Origin: an uncultured Desulfurellales bacterium
GTDB taxonomy: Bacteria > Campylobacterota_A > Desulfurellia > Desulfurellales > Hippeaceae
Assembly: GCA_964544085.1 (NCBI GenBank)
Contig: CAZIZT010000027.1
Coordinates: 33,676 to 97,675, forward strand
Reading direction: 5' to 3'
Length of the DNA stretch: 64,000 nucleotides
The notes under the pieces are model-generated. The model was given only the letters and a program-made list of their open reading frames with translations. It was not told the origin of the DNA and ran no database searches. A program made the translations under genes and the position numbers. Shown in pieces: positions 59,211-64,000 of the stretch. Positions within the stretch are counted from its first letter, which is position 1; every line of letters starts with the position of its first letter.

Positions 59211-59507
59211 GTGAACAACGAAAATGGCCTTGTCGTTGATCCAAAGTGGGTTGCATCGCTATACGGATTAAGTGCTACTGCCGTTTGTATCCTCGTATTC
59301 ACCTACTCAAGTACCGATTTCATGACAGCCTTGTTAAAGACCTTTTTTACGTCTATTGCGTTCTATCTCACCGGCATCGTCACTTCGGCGCTTATAAATT
59401 TCATAGTTCTGAATTTCTTTAAGAAAAAAGAAAAAAACAACGGCGCCGAAGCGGAATCCGCAGGCTCCAGTGAAGGTACTTCTGAGAGTGTAGAGGAGAG
59501 TAGGTGA
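59211..59507 (+). CDS. Small hypothetical membrane protein (2 TM helices, acidic/Ser-rich tail)
   Basis: 98-aa ORF with two hydrophobic helices, tightly placed between ligA and fliA. No recognisable family. Confidence 0.4.
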   Translation: MNNENGLVVDPKWVASLYGLSATAVCILVFTYSSTDFMTALLKTFFTSIAFYLTGIVTSALINFIVLNFFKKKEKNNGAEAESAGSSEGTSESVEESR

Positions 59508-59527
59508 GCTTTGCGGCAAGATAGACG

Positions 59528-60235
59528 ATGAGAATCGATAAAGATGAACTTGTTGAGCAGTACTACCCTATAGTAAGAAGAATGGTTAGAAAGCTCGTTG
59601 TGCGGATGCCTGATGGGTATGATGAGGAGGACTTCGTTCAGGTTGGCATGATGGGACTTTTGAAGGCAATAGAGGCATTTGATCACTCCAAATCTCCTGC
59701 AGAATTCAAATCCTACGCAAGCCTGAAGATTAGGGGCGCAATTCTTGATAAGCTTAGAAGTGTGGATAGGGTTTCAAGGTACGGCAGGGATAAACTCAAG
59801 AGAATTTCGGAGGCTTACAGACAGCTCATGGATGAAGGGGTATTCAATCCATCAGATGAGAGCGTTGCCGAAAAAGCCGGGATGGGGCTTGATGAGTTTA
59901 ATCGAGTGCTTACAGCAAATTCCAATCTGGATATGCTTAGTCTGGATGAGGTTTTGAGTGATGGCGACATGCTGGTTATAGAAGCCATCGAAAACAGGAT
60001 GGCAAAAACCCCCAGCAAAGAGCTTGAGGAGAAAGAGAAAGAAGAGCTGATCAAGGAGGCGCTGGGTAAACTCAGTGAACTTGAGCTAACGGTTTTGAGT
60101 CTATACTACTACGAGGATTTAAATATCAGGCAGATAGCATCAGTGATTGGGAAAACAGAGTCGCGTGTTTCGCAAATAAAGACAAAGGCGCTAATGAAGA
60201 TACGTCAGTACGTGAAAAGGAGGTTGGAGGAGTGA
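59528..60235 (+). CDS. fliA: Flagellar sigma factor FliA/WhiG (sigma-28 family)
   Basis: 235 aa. Region 2 reads DFVQVGMMGLLKAIEAFD and region 4 reads IASVIGKTESRVSQIKTKAL. Size and layout fit the sigma-28 family. Confidence 0.8.
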   Translation: MRIDKDELVEQYYPIVRRMVRKLVVRMPDGYDEEDFVQVGMMGLLKAIEAFDHSKSPAEFKSYASLKIRGAILDKLRSVDRVSRYGRDKLKRISEAYRQLMDEGVFNPSDESVAEKAGMGLDEFNRVLTANSNLDMLSLDEVLSDGDMLVIEAIENRMAKTPSKELEEKEKEELIKEALGKLSELELTVLSLYYYEDLNIRQIASVIGKTESRVSQIKTKALMKIRQYVKRRLEE

Positions 60236-60753
60236 GCAATGTAATTAAGGAGGCATTGGATGTTGTTTCGCGTTTACTTATTGCCAATGCTATAACGGCT
60301 CCCAAAGGTGTTGGCAGGGATGATATTGTTGTAAAGCTTTTGGAAAAAGAAGAGGAAAAACGGGTTGTTCTTGAACAATCCAAGCGAATAGCGAAAAGAA
60401 GCGGTTTTAAATTCTATGAGCGAGATGCTCTAAACTGTGAAACCGTTAGCCACATTATCCTGATAGGCTATAAGCTGTTTTACCATAAGTTCAACTGTGG
60501 TTTTTGCGGATTTGCCACTTGTGATGAGGCACAGGCAAAAGGGGCACGGTGCGCAATAAGCGTTACAGATGCCGGCATAGCTATTGGTAGTGTTGTTAAG
60601 CTCGCTTCCATTTTCGGAATTGACAACAGAATTATGCTTTCGATTGGTCAGGCAGCTGTAGAGGCGGGGTATTTTGAAGAAAAGGTAGGTGGTGCCTACG
60701 GCATACCGCTTTCGGCAACCACCAAGAATCCGTTTTTCGATAGGAAAAAGTAG
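60232..60753 (+). CDS. DUF2148-family ferredoxin-like protein
   Basis: 173 aa with NCGFCGF.TC and a C-terminal YGIPLSA...NPFFDR typical of DUF2148. Confidence 0.6.
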   Translation: MSNVIKEALDVVSRLLIANAITAPKGVGRDDIVVKLLEKEEEKRVVLEQSKRIAKRSGFKFYERDALNCETVSHIILIGYKLFYHKFNCGFCGFATCDEAQAKGARCAISVTDAGIAIGSVVKLASIFGIDNRIMLSIGQAAVEAGYFEEKVGGAYGIPLSATTKNPFFDRKK

Positions 60754-60948
60754 TTACTTTACAGCTTTCTGTACCCTGCCGGATTTCAGACAAGATGTGC
60801 ACACATGAATATGTTTGACCTGGCCATCAACGATAGCCTTTACCCTCTGTATGTTTGGGAGCCATCTCGTCTTTGTTTTCCTGTGGGAGTGACTTATCTT
60901 GAATCCCACCTGGGCTGACTTACCACAAATTTCGCATCTTCTTGCCAT
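60754..60948 (-). CDS. rpmB: 50S ribosomal protein L28
   Basis: Start at the MARRCEICGK methionine (GGAGG RBS). 64 aa with the typical L28 sequence. Confidence 0.9.
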   Translation of the reverse strand: MARRCEICGKSAQVGFKISHSHRKTKTRWLPNIQRVKAIVDGQVKHIHVCTSCLKSGRVQKAVK

Positions 60949-61006
60949 TTGTTCGACCTCCACGTTCTTTGTGACCAACGACTTATATCAAAAAAAGCAG
61001 AATAGC

Positions 61007-61345
61007 TCAAGACAAATCTTGATGCTTTGTGGTTTCTGAAAGGAGCCACTCAAGATAATCAGGGTTACTTGCAACCGACTCAAACGCTACGATCTCTGGT
61101 ACATCATAAGGGTGGTGCTCTGAGATTGTATCTATTACCCGTTCTACAAACTCCCTGCGTGTTTTGATCAGAAGGATGTACTCTTTGGATTGTTCGATTT
61201 TGTTCTCCCACCAGTAGGAGCTTTGCACAGGACCTATGGTGCTAACACATGCTGCAAGCCTTTCTCTAAGTAGACGTTCCGTTAATCTCTCGGCATCTGG
61301 TTTATCCTGAGTGGTTGTCATAATAAGCGCAAGTTTCTCAGCCAT
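61007..61345 (-). CDS. cutA: Divalent-cation tolerance protein CutA
   Basis: Start at MAEKLALIMTT (AAGGAGG RBS). The CutA1 motifs LAACV...S.Y.W and HPYDVPEI are present. Confidence 0.85.
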   Translation of the reverse strand: MAEKLALIMTTTQDKPDAERLTERLLRERLAACVSTIGPVQSSYWWENKIEQSKEYILLIKTRREFVERVIDTISEHHPYDVPEIVAFESVASNPDYLEWLLSETTKHQDLS

Positions 61346-61477
61346 ATCTGCCACCTCCTTTTTGTTTCTTTTATAGGGCATATCCCGATTTCAGGTCAAG
61401 TGAGCTTCCCTTCTTTCGACATCTAAACATGCTTGACAAGCGCCGTAAAATAGGTTATTCAATAGCTGCCTTAACAA

Positions 61478-61564
61478 GCCGAGGTGGTGGAACAGGTAGA
61501 CACGCCATCTTGAGGGGGTGGTGGGATCATTCCCGTGCGGGTTCAAGTCCCGCCCTCGGCACCA
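61478..61564 (+). tRNA. tRNA-Leu (anticodon GAG), class II with a long variable arm, CCA encoded
   Basis: Acceptor stem GCCGAGG/CCTCGGC, anticodon stem CCATC/GGTGG with loop TTGAGGG, variable arm TGGGATCATTCCCGT, T-arm GCGGGTTCAAGTCCCGC, 3' ACCA. A candidate promoter (TTGACA, 17 nt, TATTCA) lies at 61433-61461. Confidence 0.9.
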
Positions 61565-61701
61565 TTTTTCCTATTCTGCTGCGTATTTTCCTTCGCCTTT
61601 TTGTTTCACATGTTAAGCTGTCATATTTTATTTGATAAAAACTCCGTTTTTGTGTATATTAGGCTATAGTATTGTTAAGTTCTTATTGAGGAGTGTCACT
61701 T

Positions 61702-62991
61702 ATGACGAAAATAGAGGCTGCAAGAAAAGGAATAGCAACTGAAGAGATAAAGCAGGTTGCGCAGGATGAGCGAAGAAGCGAAGAGTTCATAATGGAAGGT
61801 CTTGTTAAGGGTACTATCGTTATACCCAGGAATGTGAACCATCATAATGTCAGGCCCATTGGTATAGGCGAGGGTTTGCGCACAAAGGTTAATGCAAACA
61901 TCGGAACCTCAAGCGACATTGCAGATCTGGACAACGAGCTTGCCAAGCTTAGAGCTGCTGTTGAGGCTAAGGCGGATTCTGTTATGGATCTCTCCACCGG
62001 CGGCGATCTTGATCTCATCAGGCGCACCATTTTGAAGCATTCACCTATTGTTGTCGGCAACGTGCCAATTTATCAGATTGCCGTTGAGGCTGCGGAGAAA
62101 AGGGGAAGCATTGCGTACATGACCAAGGATGACATCTTTGATACCATCGAGAAGCAAGCGAAAGATGGTATTGATTACATGACACTGCACTGCGGTGTAA
62201 CGATGGAGACGCTGGAAAGGCTTATCAAACAGGGCAGGGTTGAGGATATCGTCTCCCGCGGAGGCACGTTCCTGTCTGTTTGGATGCTATACAACGAAAA
62301 ACAGAATCCACTGTATGAGGATTTTGATCGCCTGCTTGAGATTGCCAGAAGGTACGATGTGACGCTCTCGCTGGGGGATGGTTTTAGACCCGGTGCGATT
62401 GCCGACGCTACCGATAGGGCTCAGATCCATGAGTTAATACTGCTTGGGGAACTGCACAGAAGAGCACTTGAAGCTGGTGTCCAATCCATGATTGAAGGGC
62501 CCGGACATGTGCCTATCGATCAGGTTATTACCAACGCAAAGATAGAAAAGAGCGTATGTGAAGGTGCGCCTTTTTACGTGCTTGGGCCTGTGGTCACGGA
62601 TATTGCTCCTGGCTATGATCACATCACAAGCGCCATAGGTGGGGCGCTGATGGCTGCAAATGGTGCTGATTTTCTCTGCTACGTGACGAGGGCTGAACAT
62701 GTTAGGCTCCCGCGTCCTGAGGATGTTAGGGAAGTGGTTATTGTTACACGTATAGCCGCTCATGCTGCAGACATAGCAAAGGGAATACCTGGAGCTTTCG
62801 AGTGGGATCTGGAGATGAGCAAAGCAAGAAAAGCTCTAAAATGGGATAGGATGATTGAGCTGTCCATTGATCCGGAGTATGTAAGGAAGGAGAGGAGCCG
62901 CTCCAAACCCACCGAAAGCGATGTCTGTACCATGTGTGGCAAGTTTTGTGCTATAAAACTGTTGAATAAGGCGTTGAGAGAGAAGAAATGA
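61702..62991 (+). CDS. thiC: Phosphomethylpyrimidine synthase ThiC
   Basis: Conserved ThiC blocks (NANIGTS, MDLSTGG, EGPGHVP) and the C-terminal CTMCGKFCA cluster motif. ATG 61702 is preferred on GGAG spacing. A candidate promoter (TTGATA, 17 nt, TATATT) lies at 61632-61660. Confidence 0.93.
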   Translation: MTKIEAARKGIATEEIKQVAQDERRSEEFIMEGLVKGTIVIPRNVNHHNVRPIGIGEGLRTKVNANIGTSSDIADLDNELAKLRAAVEAKADSVMDLSTGGDLDLIRRTILKHSPIVVGNVPIYQIAVEAAEKRGSIAYMTKDDIFDTIEKQAKDGIDYMTLHCGVTMETLERLIKQGRVEDIVSRGGTFLSVWMLYNEKQNPLYEDFDRLLEIARRYDVTLSLGDGFRPGAIADATDRAQIHELILLGELHRRALEAGVQSMIEGPGHVPIDQVITNAKIEKSVCEGAPFYVLGPVVTDIAPGYDHITSAIGGALMAANGADFLCYVTRAEHVRLPRPEDVREVVIVTRIAAHAADIAKGIPGAFEWDLEMSKARKALKWDRMIELSIDPEYVRKERSRSKPTESDVCTMCGKFCAIKLLNKALREKK

Positions 62992-63977
62992 ATGATGTAA
63001 TTCTTGATGAGCTGTACAAGAACTTGGGTCGCTATATCACAAGTGATGTTATATGCAAGAAGCTCGGTATAAGCAGAATTGCTGTGTGGAACAGGATTAA
63101 GGGTCTTGAGAAATTGGGCTATAAGATTGAAGCAAAAAGGAGTGTTGGCTACAGACTTGTAGAAGAGGGAAAGGACATACTTATACCTTACGAGATCCGT
63201 AGAAGACTCAATACGAAGCTTTTTGGCAGGGAGATTGAATACTTCAGGTTAACCTCCTCCACCATGGATGAAGCGCAGTATCTGATAGAAAAGGGTTGCC
63301 CAAATGGAATGCTTATTGTTTCCGAAGAACAAACGAGCGGAAGGGGCAGGCAGAAGAGAAAGTGGTTATCCCCTCACGGTGTTAACATCTACGCATCCGT
63401 TGTGTATATGCCCGAACACATGCCGATGGTGAAGTCGATTGATTTGATGTTCGCCACATCCATTGCTATCGTGGAGGCCTTAAGTGACATAGGTATAGAT
63501 AACGCTGGTATAAAATGGCCCAATGATATCATCGTCAATGGTAAGAAGATAGCAGGTGTTCTCCTTGAGACAAAGAGTGAGTCTGGTATGCTGAAAACAG
63601 CTATTATAGGCTTTGGCATCAATGTGAACATGGAGAAGATACCTGATGATATCAAGGATGTTGCCACAAGTGTTTATCTTGAGGTTGGAGAGAAGGTTGA
63701 TAGAACCCAGCTTCTTGTTAATGTGCTTTACTACCTTGAAAACCTGATCGGTTTGATTGAGGCGAACAGGGAGAACGAAGTTGTGGAGATGTGGAAGCGT
63801 TACGATATAACGCTGGGTAAGCGTGTAGCTGTAATAAGCGGTGATACAAAGGTTGAGGGAATAGCTGAAAAACTTGATGATAAGGGGTTTTTGGTTGTAA
63901 AACTGGATGATGGGACCCATAGAAGGGTTGTAACAGCTGAGAGTGTGAGAATTCTTGATGAGCCAGAAAAACGGTAA
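62988..63977 (+). CDS. birA: Bifunctional biotin--[acetyl-CoA-carboxylase] ligase / biotin operon repressor
   Basis: 329 aa with an N-terminal HTH (LGISRIAVWNRIKGLEKLGY), the GRGRQKRKW biotin-binding loop and a KWPNDI motif. Confidence 0.9.
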   Translation: MNDVILDELYKNLGRYITSDVICKKLGISRIAVWNRIKGLEKLGYKIEAKRSVGYRLVEEGKDILIPYEIRRRLNTKLFGREIEYFRLTSSTMDEAQYLIEKGCPNGMLIVSEEQTSGRGRQKRKWLSPHGVNIYASVVYMPEHMPMVKSIDLMFATSIAIVEALSDIGIDNAGIKWPNDIIVNGKKIAGVLLETKSESGMLKTAIIGFGINVNMEKIPDDIKDVATSVYLEVGEKVDRTQLLVNVLYYLENLIGLIEANRENEVVEMWKRYDITLGKRVAVISGDTKVEGIAEKLDDKGFLVVKLDDGTHRRVVTAESVRILDEPEKR

Positions 63978-64000
63978 GCTTGCTTCCATTATAAAAGAGG

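Noticed and set aside
61433-61564. tRNA-Leu considered as a possible integration hotspot marking a genomic island boundary.
   Set aside because: No integrase, direct repeat of the tRNA 3' end, or mobility gene lies on either side. The neighbours are housekeeping genes (cutA, rpmB, thiC, birA).

Overview
Chromosomal window from a diderm bacterium (LpxH-like, Tol-Pal YbgF/CpoB, TonB/ExbBD, outer-membrane efflux factors), probably an anaerobe (lactate-utilisation Fe-S enzymes, HgdC-type activase, membrane polyferredoxin). Coding density is high. I support 57 CDS, one tRNA-Leu(GAG), one Moco-type riboswitch, and a few candidate promoters and operators. I saw no transposase, integrase, CRISPR array, rRNA or recognisable defence genes. 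Layout: (1) tail of an RND efflux operon, then nfi and an EamA transporter. (2) A minus-strand TRAP transporter plus GlcD/GlcF-like plus LutC/LutB-LutA lactate operon, with a divergent FadR-type GntR regulator and a PdhR/LldR-like operator. (3) purL and a prmA-like gene. (4) A 17-kb, 14-gene co-directional array. It holds two tandem TonB-dependent receptors, a DUF4198-like periplasmic protein, a NapH-like polyferredoxin, a single-subunit 2-hydroxyacyl-CoA-dehydratase/double-cubane-like protein with its ATPase activase, a CcdA/DsbD_2-like membrane protein, a secreted DxNxDG repeat protein, ExbB-ExbD-TonB and a complete OMF-MFP-RND efflux pump. (5) A minus-strand orphan cluster: LuxE, a LuxC fused to a PaaK-like ligase, an anti-sigma-like GNAT protein, an MFS transporter and two more PaaK-like ligases. 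It lies divergent from a GltP-like symporter, an aspartate-racemase-family gene and a ThrC-like PLP enzyme. (6) A riboswitch-controlled modC-modA-modB-type transporter. (7) Housekeeping genes: cpoB, LysM protein, cysS, sigma-70-family factor, J-domain/TPR protein, DUF2062, rhomboid, lpxH-like, ligA, fliA, DUF2148, rpmB, cutA, tRNA-Leu, thiC, birA. The two best candidates for undescribed biology are the redox-equipped TonB uptake/efflux array (17527-34673) and the carrier-less LuxE/LuxC-PaaK/GNAT/MFS cluster (34679-44270). All functional calls come from reading motifs and domain order in the supplied translations. No database search was run.
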